NCBI GenBank assembly: GCA_963706575.1
Contig: CAVPNL010000006.1
Span: forward strand, 576,001-640,000
Origin: an uncultured delta proteobacterium
Lineage (GTDB): Bacteria; Desulfobacterota; Desulfobacteria; Desulfobacterales; JAHEIW01
Length of the DNA stretch: 64,000 nucleotides
Direction of reading: 5' to 3'
The notes below the pieces were generated by a model. It had not been told where the DNA came from. It did no database searches and saw only the letters and a program-made list of their open reading frames with translations. Shown one piece after another: positions 36,424 to 48,095 of the stretch; positions within the stretch are counted from its first letter, which is position 1; every line of letters starts with the position of its first letter. The translations under genes were made by a program, and so were the position numbers.

Positions 36424-37884
36424 ATGAAGAAAACCGTTTTCATGATAGTATCAGCAGTATTACTTCTGGTATTTTTCATGGTTACAAAAACAGTTTCTTT
36501 CAAGCCAAAGCAGGTGGATGCTGAGCAGGCAGAGGCCACCAGAGTAGATGTGCAGAAGGCTGTTCAAAACTTATCACGCGCTGTGAAGTTCAGGACCATT
36601 TCAGATTCCAATCAAGCTAAGATTAATCCTCTTGAGTTTGAATCTTTTCATCAGTTTCTTGAAGAGGCATTTCCCCGACTTCACGACGCCTTGATTAAAG
36701 AGGTTATCGATGATTACGGGCTGCTTTACACATGGAAAGGAAAAGATTCCAATGTTAAGCCCATCTTGTTAATGGCTCATATGGATGTGGTGCCTATTGC
36801 ACAGGACACGCTGAATGATTGGCATTACCCTCCATTTGAAGGCCGTGTAGCGGAAGGCTTTGTATGGGGGAGGGGTACCCTAGACGATAAACTAAGCCTC
36901 CTGGGAATCATGGAAGCAGTTGAAGCACTTTTGACCGAAAATTATACTCCACGACGCACTATTTATTTGGCTTTTGGCCATGATGAAGAAGTTGGGGGTC
37001 AAAGGGGCGCACTTCAGATTGCACGAATTCTCATATCGAGAGGGGGGAAATGCGAGTATATACTTGATGAATCCGGTGCTGTTGCCACAGGGATTTTACC
37101 CTGGATTTCTTCACCAGTGGCTTTGATTGGAATAGCTGAGAAGGGTTATTTAACGCTGAAGCTTTCAGTAGAACACGAGGGAGGTCATTCTTCCATGCCT
37201 TCTCTTAATAATGCAATCGGTATTTTAGCCACCGCGATTCATAATCTTGATAAGAATCCGTTTCCGTCGCGACTCGATGGTACGATGGGGCAGTTTTTTG
37301 AATACGTGGGACCAGAATTGCCACCCACGATGAAATTTTTTATCGCAAATAAATGGCTTTTCGGGGGACTGATAAAAAGCCAGCTCAAAGGAGCCCCTTC
37401 CAGTTATGCATTGATACATACCACAACCGCTACTACGGTTGTGCGTGCCGGTCAATTAGAAAACATGTTGCCGCAAAGAGCGGAAGCCGTTGTCAACCTC
37501 AGGCTTTTGCCAGGTGATACCATAGATTATGCGATCGAGTATGTTAAGAGAGCTGTCGGAGATCAGCGTGTCAAGGTCAGCATTGCCGGTAATAGCGCAT
37601 GTGAAGCATCTAAAATTTCAGATGTCAGATCTGAAGGTTTTAAGATTCTTGAGCGTACGATTCGTCAGGTTTTTCCAGATTCCTTAGTGGCACCATTTCT
37701 GGTTCCGGCATCCACAGACGCCCGTCATTATAGCGGAATCAGTGACAGTATTTTACGTTTCCTTCCAATCAGAATGGATAAAGATGATTTCAAAAGAATC
37801 CACGGTACAAATGAAAGGATAGGTGTGGATAACTATAAGAGTGCCGTCGAATTCTATATCCAGCTAATTCGGAATTCAAATTGA
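36424..37884 (+). CDS. M20 family peptidase (carboxypeptidase S/PM20D1-like), N-terminally anchored
   Basis: N-terminal hydrophobic helix, AHMDVVP, GRGTLDDK, HDEE, AEKG, GGHSS, TDARHY, HGTNE. Confidence 0.9.
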   Translation: MKKTVFMIVSAVLLLVFFMVTKTVSFKPKQVDAEQAEATRVDVQKAVQNLSRAVKFRTISDSNQAKINPLEFESFHQFLEEAFPRLHDALIKEVIDDYGLLYTWKGKDSNVKPILLMAHMDVVPIAQDTLNDWHYPPFEGRVAEGFVWGRGTLDDKLSLLGIMEAVEALLTENYTPRRTIYLAFGHDEEVGGQRGALQIARILISRGGKCEYILDESGAVATGILPWISSPVALIGIAEKGYLTLKLSVEHEGGHSSMPSLNNAIGILATAIHNLDKNPFPSRLDGTMGQFFEYVGPELPPTMKFFIANKWLFGGLIKSQLKGAPSSYALIHTTTATTVVRAGQLENMLPQRAEAVVNLRLLPGDTIDYAIEYVKRAVGDQRVKVSIAGNSACEASKISDVRSEGFKILERTIRQVFPDSLVAPFLVPASTDARHYSGISDSILRFLPIRMDKDDFKRIHGTNERIGVDNYKSAVEFYIQLIRNSN

Positions 37885-38044
37885 TATCTGAAAATGAGCG
37901 GATTGAAGCCATTGGAATGGAAATGATCCTTGTTGTTAATCATCATTTTTTTGGTTCAAAATGCATTGTATTATTTAGATAGGCCAAATCATCTCCGCAT
38001 TGATTATTGCTGCTGATAAAGCTTTCAGCTATCATTAAAATACG

Positions 38045-39418
38045 ATGAGATTGTTATTAATTAATCCTTTTGATAAAGATACATGCGCATTTGCCGGGCA
38101 ATTTCCACCGCTGGGGCTCGGTTATATTGCTGCTGCAACCCCTCCTGAATGCCAAATCGAATTTATAGATGAGAATGTCGAGGAATTTGTTCCTCAAAAA
38201 GCAGACCTTGTCGCCTTATCTGTTATGACGATACAGGCGAATCGGAGTTATGAAATCTGCAACATTTATAAAAAAATGGGCATACCGGTCGTTGTCGGCG
38301 GTATACATGCATCCATGTTGCCGGAAGAAGCCCTGAACTATGCTTCATCTGTTGTGATCGGTGAAGCCGAAAGATTGTGGCCTACCGTAATTAATGATTT
38401 CATGAATGGCCGATTAAAACCAATATATAAAAATGATTCCTTCCCATCCCTCAAGAATATGGTAATTCCTAAAAGGGATATTTACAGCAAAAAATACAAA
38501 TACGACACGATCCAGACCTCCAGAGGTTGTCCTTTCAATTGTGAATTTTGTTCCGTCTCTGTTTTTAACGGCAGAAAATTTAGATTGAGACCGGTCGATG
38601 AGGTGGTTGAAGAACTCAAGTCAATCAAAAAGAAACTCATTTTTTTTGTCGATGATAACATTATTGGTGTTGGCAGGCAAAACGAAGAAAGGGCTATGGA
38701 ATTATTTGAAGCCATCATCAGGAGCGGGGTCAAAAAATACTGGATTTCTCAAGCCTCGGTCAATGTTGCCAAAAATGAAGAGTTGTTGAAACTGATGAAA
38801 AAAAGCGGATGCCAGGGGCTTCTGATGGGCTTTGAATCCCTTGAAACGGCAAAATTAAAGGAATACGGTAAGTCACAGAATGTAGTACAAAACATGAGTC
38901 CTGAAAAGCTTTATAGAGATGTCATCGATAAGCTTCATCAGCATGGATTGTCAGTCAATGGCTATTTTTGTTATGGTTATGAAGATACAAAAGAATCGAT
39001 ACTTGATTCCCTTGAGTTCATCTTGAAGGCCAAGCTGGATGTGGTCAACACCCCTATAATCGTTCCCACCCCTGGAACGCCCTTGTATGAGAAATTATAT
39101 GACCAGATTGAATATAAAGATTTTCCCAAAGACTGGAAAAAGTATCTGGGGTTGCTGGTTTATCAACCAAAAGCGAAGTCTAGAAAAGATTTTTATAAAG
39201 CCTATATTGCTTCAGCGGAAAAGCTTGCTTCTGTAAAAGAGATTCTCAGGAGATGCCTTACCACTTTTTTGCACTCCAAAAGCCCGTTTCATGCCTTTAT
39301 TTTTCTTTTAATTAATTGGAATTATCGAAAATTGAGAAAAGATCATCTATCATTCATGTTGAAAGAGGACAAGGATTTTAAATTAGCGCATGAGGAATTG
39401 CGAGCTGGATTTCATTGA
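38045..39418 (+). CDS. B12-binding radical SAM protein
   Basis: PPLGL, GGIHAS, GEAE, SRGCPFNCEFC, DDN, GFES, PGTPLY. Confidence 0.92.
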   Translation: MRLLLINPFDKDTCAFAGQFPPLGLGYIAAATPPECQIEFIDENVEEFVPQKADLVALSVMTIQANRSYEICNIYKKMGIPVVVGGIHASMLPEEALNYASSVVIGEAERLWPTVINDFMNGRLKPIYKNDSFPSLKNMVIPKRDIYSKKYKYDTIQTSRGCPFNCEFCSVSVFNGRKFRLRPVDEVVEELKSIKKKLIFFVDDNIIGVGRQNEERAMELFEAIIRSGVKKYWISQASVNVAKNEELLKLMKKSGCQGLLMGFESLETAKLKEYGKSQNVVQNMSPEKLYRDVIDKLHQHGLSVNGYFCYGYEDTKESILDSLEFILKAKLDVVNTPIIVPTPGTPLYEKLYDQIEYKDFPKDWKKYLGLLVYQPKAKSRKDFYKAYIASAEKLASVKEILRRCLTTFLHSKSPFHAFIFLLINWNYRKLRKDHLSFMLKEDKDFKLAHEELRAGFH

Positions 39419-39563
39419 TGGTTTAGTGACGAATTTATACTTGCGTTCAACGAATTGTTCACCGCTACGAGCTGCCAATATTTGTGAATAATGATGCATC
39501 AATCGAATTGCCGCAAACCAAAAACGAATAGACATTTCGCCATTTAGACGGGGTATCGATACA

Positions 39564-40937
39564 ATGAAGGTGCTTTTAATTCTTCCCGACACCAAGGGAA
39601 GCTTTGATGTCTACCAACAATCTTTTTTTACCAAAACCCTGAAATTTTTATACGCAGGCTTTAACGCCGGCAATAATGTTTACATACCACCACTCGGTCC
39701 TCTTACGATTGCAGCTTGGACGCCGGAGCACTTTGACATTCAAATCACCGATGAGAAAGTGGATGGTGAGGTCGATTTCGAGACCGATACGGATCTCGTT
39801 GGTATCAGTATCTCCGCTCACTCAGCCTGCCGGGGCTATCAGTTGGCCGATCAATTCCGCAAAAGGGGCAGAAAAGTCGTTCTCGGCGGTTTTCATGTTT
39901 CATCTGAACCGCAGGAGGCTCTCGAGCATGCCGATGCGGTTGTCGTCGGAGAGGCCGAATCTGTATGGAACGAGGTTTTAGAAGATGCAAGATCAAATGG
40001 TCTAAAAAAGATATATAGGGGAGATGATTTTCTATCGCTTAACAGTGCACCTTTCCCGAGGTGGGATCTAATCGACACGGATCGTTATATGCTCAGGCAT
40101 ACCATCCAGGCCACCAGGGGATGTCCTTTCACCTGTGAATTCTGCAGCGTTGCGTCTTTTTTTAGAGGGTCGTTCAGGGCTAAGCCCGTCGAGCAGGTTC
40201 TCCAGGAGCTAGGACCTCTTAAAAAGGGAGATTTTATATGTTTTGTGGACGATAATATCGTGGGTTCACCTCGTTATGCTGCCGATCTCTTCAGGGCGCT
40301 TCGACCGCTAAAAATAAAATGGATCAGCCAGTCTTCGATCACCATAGCGAATGACGAGGAGCTACTAAAACTGGCGGCGGAGAGCGGGTGTGTCTGCCTG
40401 CTGATCGGCATCGAAACTGTGGAACCTTCAAACGGGGTTTACATGCAAGACAAGTTCATACCCCACAAGATCGAAAAGCAAATCGGACGGATTCACGAGG
40501 CAGGCATAGGGATCAATGGGACTTTCATGCTCGGCCTGGATGGGGATACGCCCGGGACATTTGACAGGACCGCCGATTTTTGTATCAAAAACGCGATTGA
40601 ACTGCCAACCTTCAATGTCTACAGCCCGATACCCGGGACACCGATGTTTAAGCGCATGAAAGCTGAGGGCAGATTAGCGCATGACGGTTACCGCGAGTAT
40701 GAAGATCTGCTTTTTCGGCGAAAGTTATTTCATGTCCTCAAAGGGATGTCGCAAAAAGAGTTCTACGAGGGATTCGACAGGATGTGCCGTAAGGTGTTTT
40801 CCTACAGGAATATCCTGAGCCGCAATCTAAGGTACCGGAACAGCTTTAAAGAATATCTTTATGCCAATTTTGTCTGGCGCCAGTGCGATTTCCAGCTCGG
40901 GCGCCGCAGTATAGCTGATATGCACCTTCAAAATTAA
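39564..40937 (+). CDS. B12-binding radical SAM protein
   Basis: PPLG, GGFHVS, GEAE, TRGCPFTCEFC, DDN, GIET, PGTPMF. Confidence 0.92.
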   Translation: MKVLLILPDTKGSFDVYQQSFFTKTLKFLYAGFNAGNNVYIPPLGPLTIAAWTPEHFDIQITDEKVDGEVDFETDTDLVGISISAHSACRGYQLADQFRKRGRKVVLGGFHVSSEPQEALEHADAVVVGEAESVWNEVLEDARSNGLKKIYRGDDFLSLNSAPFPRWDLIDTDRYMLRHTIQATRGCPFTCEFCSVASFFRGSFRAKPVEQVLQELGPLKKGDFICFVDDNIVGSPRYAADLFRALRPLKIKWISQSSITIANDEELLKLAAESGCVCLLIGIETVEPSNGVYMQDKFIPHKIEKQIGRIHEAGIGINGTFMLGLDGDTPGTFDRTADFCIKNAIELPTFNVYSPIPGTPMFKRMKAEGRLAHDGYREYEDLLFRRKLFHVLKGMSQKEFYEGFDRMCRKVFSYRNILSRNLRYRNSFKEYLYANFVWRQCDFQLGRRSIADMHLQN

Positions 40938-41005
40938 GGCCTCCGGTAAAAGATATGGTTCCTGGTCTGGCATGCTATATTTTTTATTACGGGGTATGGT
41001 TTTAC

Positions 41006-42610
41006 TTAACAGGTTCTGAAATTTCCTACCGCGGTTTTCCGCAATAATGCGATCAGCAGAAAGATCAGAGAGACTCCGATGCTCAACCATACCAGCCAAT
41101 CTCCATGTCGTGTGTAAATTGTATTAGAATTCAAGGGGATGACTTCTCCTGTTAGCATGCCCCGAACGAAGATGTCCTGACCTTCCTCAGACCTGACGCG
41201 ATCAACGACCCGGCCATAGGGGTCAATGAAGCAGGAGATCCCGGTGTTGTTGCATCGCACCATAAAAACCCGGTTTTCAATCGCGCGAAATATATTTATA
41301 GAGAGAAACTGGTTAGGGCCGGCGGATTTTCCGAACCAGGCCTCGTTGCCGATATTGACCATAAATTGGGCACCCTCTTTAATATATTGCCGGAACAGGT
41401 CGGGGAAGATGGTTTCCCAGCAGATCAAAACTCCGAAGGAGGCATTATTTATGTTAAATAAGGTGAACTCCTTGCCGGCAACATGGGAACTCTTTTTGTC
41501 CGGCACAATAAATTGAGGCCAGGGGATAATCCCCTCATAGGGGACGTACTCCGAAAAAGGGAAAAGATAAATTTTTAAATACTGGCCGAGTATTTTGCCA
41601 TCCGGCGAAAAGAAAAGCGCCGTGTTTCCGGTTTTTTGCGCCTTTAAAAGATCTTTATCGAATTTCGGAAATTCAGAACTGCCAATGATAAAATAGGTTT
41701 TTAGCTCTTTCACCAGAGAGATTGTCTGGTTCATAAGATCGAGTTTCTTCAAGATAAACCCCGGTGTGGCCGCCTCCGGCCAGATGATTAGATCCGGGTT
41801 GTCCCTGGCGGCTTTTCTGCTCAGGTCGCCATATGTTTGCATAATGACCCCGGCATATTTGGGGTCCCACTTTTTGCTCTGCTCGATATTTCCTTGCAGC
41901 ACCGATACCTTGATACTTTTTTGGGTGTTGCGCTCAGAAGATAGGGTATTTCCATACAACAGTGCCAGGGTCATCAAGACGGCAGCGCCTAATGTGATTA
42001 CGTATATGCCCCGCCTCGATGGGAAATTACCATCTGTAATTTGTTGCCATCCCAGCCGATTAAGAATTCCCAAAATTAATAAAGCCACCGCTGAATTCAC
42101 CAGGACGACCAAAAAGCTGACTCCATATGCTCCGGTTATTGCGGAAATTTGAATCAGAGAGATATTCTGATACTGGGTGTGCCCCAAAAAGGCCCAGGGC
42201 AGTGCCAGAAAAAATAATTTCCCTCTTATATACTCTAAAGCAATCCACAGAAAAGGCGCTGCCAAAAATGCAACGGTCATTTGAGCTCGGCGAATAAGAA
42301 AGGTCAACGCTAAACCAAAAATCCCAAAATACAGCGCCAAACCAAAAACCAGGATAGAATGGTGGAGAATCTCATATCCGTCCGTTTCAAGCATCCAATC
42401 GAAGACCCCGGCGAAAAAAACGAGCCCACAGATGAATGATAGAAGAAAACCCTGCATAGAACCTCTGCCTGATATAACCACGAGCAGAGGTGCCAGTCCT
42501 ATCCATGCGAACCACCATGCATTATAGTTTGGGAAGGCCAAAAAAAGTAAAACCCCGGACAGTACCGGGGCAAGAATTAAGTATAACAAGCTAAAGATCT
42601 TTGTCTTCAA
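41006..42610 (-). CDS. lnt: Apolipoprotein N-acyltransferase
   Basis: Multi-TM N-terminus, QGNI, WPEAA, K..LFPFSEY, ICWE, N.AWFG, RAIEN, N.G.S. Confidence 0.92.
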   Translation of the reverse strand: MKTKIFSLLYLILAPVLSGVLLFLAFPNYNAWWFAWIGLAPLLVVISGRGSMQGFLLSFICGLVFFAGVFDWMLETDGYEILHHSILVFGLALYFGIFGLALTFLIRRAQMTVAFLAAPFLWIALEYIRGKLFFLALPWAFLGHTQYQNISLIQISAITGAYGVSFLVVLVNSAVALLILGILNRLGWQQITDGNFPSRRGIYVITLGAAVLMTLALLYGNTLSSERNTQKSIKVSVLQGNIEQSKKWDPKYAGVIMQTYGDLSRKAARDNPDLIIWPEAATPGFILKKLDLMNQTISLVKELKTYFIIGSSEFPKFDKDLLKAQKTGNTALFFSPDGKILGQYLKIYLFPFSEYVPYEGIIPWPQFIVPDKKSSHVAGKEFTLFNINNASFGVLICWETIFPDLFRQYIKEGAQFMVNIGNEAWFGKSAGPNQFLSINIFRAIENRVFMVRCNNTGISCFIDPYGRVVDRVRSEEGQDIFVRGMLTGEVIPLNSNTIYTRHGDWLVWLSIGVSLIFLLIALLRKTAVGNFRTC

Positions 42611-42678
42611 TACCGTTTTCGCTCCAATGTCTATTTTGGGGATTCAGAAGGTGGCCCGCGTGTCGGTGGTTAACGATG

Positions 42679-45189
42679 TTACTCAACGCCAACCACGATT
42701 AAAGTTAAGTCGTCATGCTGCGGCGCCCCGCCGACGAATTCATTCACCTTTTCTAAAATTTCCTTCAAGAGCGCATCCGCATCCATGGATTTCGATTTTT
42801 GAACCACCTCCTGGAGCCGCTCGAATCCATACATTTCCTCCTTTTCGTTCATGGCCTCTACGATGCCGTCCGTGTAGAATAGCACTCTGTCACCGGATGA
42901 TAGCTGAATTTTGGTTTCCTCATAGTTGGCTTCGTCTAGAATACCAAGGGGAAACGTATCTCCTTCAGTCTCGACCAGGTTGGCCTCACCGGTTTTTGCG
43001 GAAAGGTGGATGGGTTGTGTCTGTCCGGCGCTGCACAGTGTCACCGTTCGATCCCTGGAATCCAAAACCGCAAAAAGCAGCGCCACGAACATCCCGCTTT
43101 TGACATCTTTTTTAAGTCTGCGGTTGGCGCGCATCATGCTCTCGCTGACGCCAATTCTTCTTCCGACAGCATGCGGAACACACTGCGGGATGCGGACATG
43201 ACCAGGGCGCCGGAAACGCTCTTTGCCGGTCACGTCACCGATGACAAATCCCGCTTTCTCTTCACCCATGTCAATAAAATCGTAGAAATCACCACCGACC
43301 TCTCTGGCGGAAACAGAATAAGAAGCGATATTAAAACCCTGGATTTCGGGAGACTCAGCCGGAAGCATGCTCATCTGCAGGTCCCGGGCAATGTTCAGCT
43401 CCTCTTCCATGCGCTGCTTTTCCAGGTTTTCCTCGAAAAGTCTTGCATTTTCGATGGCTACGGCGCCCTGGTGTGCCAGGGTGCGCAGAAGTTCGATGTC
43501 TTCGCGGTTGAAGGGCTTGCCGGACTTCTTTTCACCGAGGTTCAAGGAGCCGATCACTTTATCCTGATAAACCAACGGAACCATCAGGCTGGCATGCAGG
43601 GCTTCAAAATTGGCGGCACATGGCTCGGAAACCTCCTTGAACTTGGGGTCTTCGATTACATCGTACTTGGTCAGCTCCTTTTTCTCCGCTTCTATAATTT
43701 CAATCAGAGGGTCATCACGCTTGAAGACCTTTTTTTCTACTTCTTCTTTTCTCTCTCCGTCTGCTAATGAGATCTGATACTCAGCTCCGGTCGAACTCAA
43801 TAACATGACCGAGCTGGTGCTGATAAACATGTCTTCAATGAAAGTTTGACTAAGGTGTTTTAGGATTTGGGGTAATTCCAAAAGAGAGGTCATGGCCCCA
43901 CCGACCCTCTCAACGATGGCGCCATAGTCGTATTCTTTTCTGAAAAAGATTCGATCCACAAGCGCTTGAATACGGTCCCGCAAAGGATTAAACACCAGAA
44001 TGACGCCTATGGTAAAAAGGATCGGAAATGCTTTGGACTGGGCCACCTGGTATTGCCCCAGAAAGAAGTTCAGGCCCACGCTAACCAAAGCATACATGCC
44101 GACAACGATGCCCGTGACGACGATATAGCCGACGGTCCGTTTTATGATCTCATCGGCATCAAAGAGGTTGTGCCGCACAATAGAATAGGCAATGGACGCC
44201 GGAAAGAAGATAACGAAGACTGCCAAAAAGTTCCACGGGAGATTATACTTTAAGAAAAAACCAAGGGTCATAACAAAAACCGGCGGCCCGAAGGCAACTG
44301 TCACCCCCCAAAAAATCACCCGTGCTCGCTGGCGGGCCTGCAGTGAAGCCGCTTTAAATCGGGTGTGAAAGATAAGGATGATCATAAAAAGCACGCATAA
44401 GAGCGTGAAAATGCGATTGATGGAGCCAAGCGTTCGATAGGTGGGGAACCACGCGTATAAATCTGAGCTCAACATCTTCTGAAAGATGGACCAATAGATT
44501 TCGTTCGCAACGATTAAAAGAAAAAATGGCACGTAAAGCAGATATTCAATGGCAGGTAGCCGATCTAAAAAACGTTTTCTTTCCGGAAATATCAGAAACA
44601 GGTGCAGCCAGGTTGCCGGATAAAGAATATTTACCACGTCGAATAGCCGGGTAGAAAAATAGGAAGATTGCTGCTCAAAGCCGGATATCATCATGGAACC
44701 CAGGCTGAAGCACAGCATCAGAAAAACCCAACTGCTGGGTGTGTTTGGTTTCAGCACATAGACGACGAAACCCAGTATGTAAAGCATGAAGCCAATCAAA
44801 AATGAAACCAGAAAGACGATAATAAAATCACCGATTCCAAATTTATCCACCTTGATTTCGACTTCACGTTTTTGGCCGTCTGTATCGATCGAATAGCGAA
44901 CGGGTGTGCCGGGTTGTTTTTCTTTAATGATATTTACGAACTGATTGCCTTCTTGAACCTGCTGACCGTCTATAGCAACGATTCGATCGCGAAATTTAAG
45001 CCCGGCTTCGGGACCCGGCCAGTCGGTTTGTCCGGAAACCGAAACATATAAATCCTTATAGACAAGAAATCCCGCAAAAGGTCTGTTTAACCAGGATATG
45101 GCACCGGCAAGAGAGATTACAATGATAACGATCATGAGGGCGAGCAAAGCAAAAAAGACTATATTATGAATTTGAATTCGGCGCTTCAT
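42679..45189 (-). CDS. Membrane PDZ + multi-TM + GAF + PP2C phosphatase (with compensating indels at ~43150-43226)
   Basis: GPEAGLKFRDRIVAIDG (PDZ-like), TM bundle, GAF (LGEKKSGKPF), GGDFYD, GDVTGK, YTDGIVEA, HDDLT. Confidence 0.88.
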   Translation of the reverse strand: MKRRIQIHNIVFFALLALMIVIIVISLAGAISWLNRPFAGFLVYKDLYVSVSGQTDWPGPEAGLKFRDRIVAIDGQQVQEGNQFVNIIKEKQPGTPVRYSIDTDGQKREVEIKVDKFGIGDFIIVFLVSFLIGFMLYILGFVVYVLKPNTPSSWVFLMLCFSLGSMMISGFEQQSSYFSTRLFDVVNILYPATWLHLFLIFPERKRFLDRLPAIEYLLYVPFFLLIVANEIYWSIFQKMLSSDLYAWFPTYRTLGSINRIFTLLCVLFMIILIFHTRFKAASLQARQRARVIFWGVTVAFGPPVFVMTLGFFLKYNLPWNFLAVFVIFFPASIAYSIVRHNLFDADEIIKRTVGYIVVTGIVVGMYALVSVGLNFFLGQYQVAQSKAFPILFTIGVILVFNPLRDRIQALVDRIFFRKEYDYGAIVERVGGAMTSLLELPQILKHLSQTFIEDMFISTSSVMLLSSTGAEYQISLADGERKEEVEKKVFKRDDPLIEIIEAEKKELTKYDVIEDPKFKEVSEPCAANFEALHASLMVPLVYQDKVIGSLNLGEKKSGKPFNREDIELLRTLAHQGAVAIENARLFEENLEKQRMEEELNIARDLQMSMLPAESPEIQGFNIASYSVSAREVGGDFYDFIDMGEEKAGFVIGDVTGKERFRRPGHVRIPQCVPHAVGRRIGVSESMMRANRRLKKDVKSGMFVALLFAVLDSRDRTVTLCSAGQTQPIHLSAKTGEANLVETEGDTFPLGILDEANYEETKIQLSSGDRVLFYTDGIVEAMNEKEEMYGFERLQEVVQKSKSMDADALLKEILEKVNEFVGGAPQHDDLTLIVVGVE

Positions 45190-45759
45190 AATTTCTTCTT
45201 TCGGTTTAATTGGCTGCCGTTATCATGTTTGATAAGTTTTTTGATAACAACCATAACACACTCTGTAAACTAAAAACAACACATCGAAATATCACCTGCT
45301 TGACTTACCTGCAGCCCATAATGAAACCTGCTGTTTTACATGACCAGGAAAAATGGTGGACGTGCTAATAAAGGACGCCTGATCCTATAAAACGCTTTTG
45401 ATAAAAGCTTTAAAAGCGAATCAATGACGGCCCCTTGAAATAAGGATATGGTTTGCAAATTTGATGGGGATTGGATTAAAGGATATGAATAAAGTTTCAT
45501 TCGTGTCGCCATATTTCTTATCGGTAATACTAACTAGAGAAACGGGCAAGAGAAGGGCACAATTCGATTCCAGTATAAAATCTCCTTTAACCAATTATTA
45601 GAAGTTTTGATTAAGACGCGATTACCATGGGTTTCCCACAGGGCAGTTCATTACTAAAAACGCGCAATGCATCACCACGCTTACAAAATTTAATTAGCCT
45701 GTGCTATAAAAACGTCTGACGAGTTATGATCTGAAATTTTTACAATGCTCTGTTCAGAA

Positions 45760-46240
45760 TCAACCTGCCCCAACTCTTATGGCGTTTTTACTAATGGGTA
45801 CATGCATTATCGGAATCAGTCTCCGGTACTGACGAAATTGAATCTTGCAATCGAAAGAGACGGTATCGCCGTCGTTCTTAAACTTCAAATTTTTTACCTT
45901 GGTGATAATTGATTCGCAGGGCAGAATCAAAGACGGCCCCCGGGTTGGAGGCATGGATGATATCTTCCTCGCTTCTTGGGCAAGCGCGGTATACCAAGTG
46001 TCCATCTGATCCTGCTAACGGATCAGTATCGACATCGCAGCCATCGATTTTTTTAACCCTCAAGGTTGCGTATGTTGTAGCACCTACAATCAACCACCCC
46101 CACTGCCCACATCTCAGGTCCAATGATCTTTTCGCTCACCAGGAGGCGCTGGTTCCCTCGCAAAAACCTGAGCAGCCGGAGTTAATCAAAATTATAGCTG
46201 CCATTAAACCTGCTACAAGAAGTACTTTTTTGAAACTCAT
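45760..46240 (-). CDS. Small secreted protein, broken by indels; 3' end uncertain
   Basis: AGGAG RBS and ATG 46240 (MSFKKVLLVAGLMAAIIL, signal-like); continuation split across frames (ATLRVKKIDGCDVD; IITKVKNLKF). Confidence 0.5.
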
Positions 46241-46309
46241 CGCTATTCTCCTTTCTTTGCTACTTTCAGTATAATTTGATAACAATATTTTTTTCAATTT
46301 TCTGTCTAT

Positions 46310-48095
46310 CTAAAAAGCTCCATTGAAATTAACGATGCTCTTTTGCCCAACACTGACATCTCTTGCAATAAAGCTTCCCTCCAGGAAACAGCCTTCTTCG
46401 ATCAGGAGGGTGCCGTTTTTGGCGAAGATATTGGCTTTGACGGTATTGCCCTCCCCGATATGTGCCGCCTTGGGTTTGTCGTTCAAACCACCTTTCTTTC
46501 CATTTTCGCCATTGACGAAAACCTTTATCTGATCGGCACTTACACCCGAACCAGCGGTCGGTCCGATAGATGCTTTCGTGCCAGGATACAGGCGATCCTC
46601 AATTCGGATTATTGTAGCACATTGCAAACTACAGCGGGAGTCGGAACCCATGGTCAGATTCCAGAAATCGTATTCACCACCCGTCAGTCGCAGAGTTGCG
46701 TTGACCCGAGGATAACGTCGTCGTATGCTCCAGAAACCAAATTCACTTCTTGAGAGGTATCCACGGATACCTCTGTCATTCTTATCGGCTTTGAACTCAT
46801 TGTCTTTGGCAACAAACCTTCGACCTGCTCCATACAGGAGTCGGGAGGAGCGTAATGTGACATCTCCGTCTTCCAAACGAATCGTTCCATCAGATTGTTT
46901 CCGGTCAGGGTTGCAAAATACCTCGTATACTGAGCAGTGGATCGAATCTTTACACTATCTCCCTTTACTGCGTTGCCGTAGCCATCCACGTGTTTACATC
47001 TACCGACACCTCAAATTCCGGATCAAGCCAGGGGCCGTCGCAGGCGGTATTTGCACCGACGTCTCCGCTTTGAATCCGCACTTTGTTGCGCAACCAGACA
47101 CTGCAGAGGCCGAAGATCGAAAACTGGTGGGGCGGTTCGCCGAACAGGATGTATCTAGTCAACAGGCCGCCGCATTCCGTCTGCCAGCCCTCTGCGGCAT
47201 TTTCAATGTAGGCTTCTTTGTACTCATCCTTGTAATTGGCAATGGCAACATATGCATCACCCGCGGCGGGTTCGGGCAAACAGGCTCCACCGGCAGGCAA
47301 GCGTCACCCAACCTCCCAGACCTGTGTTACCACTCGTTATGGGGCTCAGGCTCGTCCACGCATCTGCCAGACTTTCTTTCTCAAGAACCTCGGATTTTCT
47401 GAATACTTTGATCTCAACATTACTCCGGGCGGTCAATTCAGGAGTGCTGAGGTCCTCCACCCTGATCTTCATCCGGCCGCCGCGAGCCGGCGCCACAAAG
47501 ATTCTCAGTTTCTTGGACTTGAGGGTTCCGTGCGAAGCCTTGTTGTCCATGATACCCAGCAGGCGGCCCGATCCGGCCTCTTCCACAGTCCAGCCATAAC
47601 GAGAAAACGGGAGTTCGGCTTCGATCGTGTACCAGCCGGACAATCTTTTCATCACGGGGAAAAGCTCCCGGAGGTCGGGACTGTCACCGATCGCTGCCAG
47701 CCGGGGGGCAGGACTTCGGCGGGAACGGTTTCCCACTGGCCCCACCTGGAAGGCGGCGGCATGTCGGAAGCCTGTATTTCCTGAAACGGCGGTGTGTGCC
47801 TGACACCCTGAGGATCCCTGGCGATAAGATATCTTTCGATCTCCAATTGACTGAATCCGGAATCCATATTCAACGGCCATTTTTTTTCGTTTTTAACAAC
47901 CCCGATGATGGGAATCGGCTGGCTCGCTGAGAACTTGTGGCTTTCCTCAAGGGTGTACAGGTTCAGACTGAGGCCTGAATCGCCCCAACCGGCGTCGGAC
48001 CAGAGGAGGCTCATCCCCAGGCTACGACGGCAACGAACCACAAGACCTCCCGCCCTTTTCTTCTGCAGACTTGGTTTCATCGATATGCTCCCCAT
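46310..48095 (-). CDS. Putative secreted protein with C-terminal beta-solenoid-like region, fragmented by frameshifts
   Basis: Overlapping minus-strand fragments 47652..48095, 47257..47880, 46965..47300 and 46310..46876 tile one gene; ATG 48095 abuts the upstream stop codon. Confidence 0.55.

Noticed and set aside
46136..46138. In-frame TGA in the small secreted protein as Sec
   Set aside because: Lies in an indel-rich stretch; a more protein-like sequence runs in other frames; no evident Cys context or SECIS
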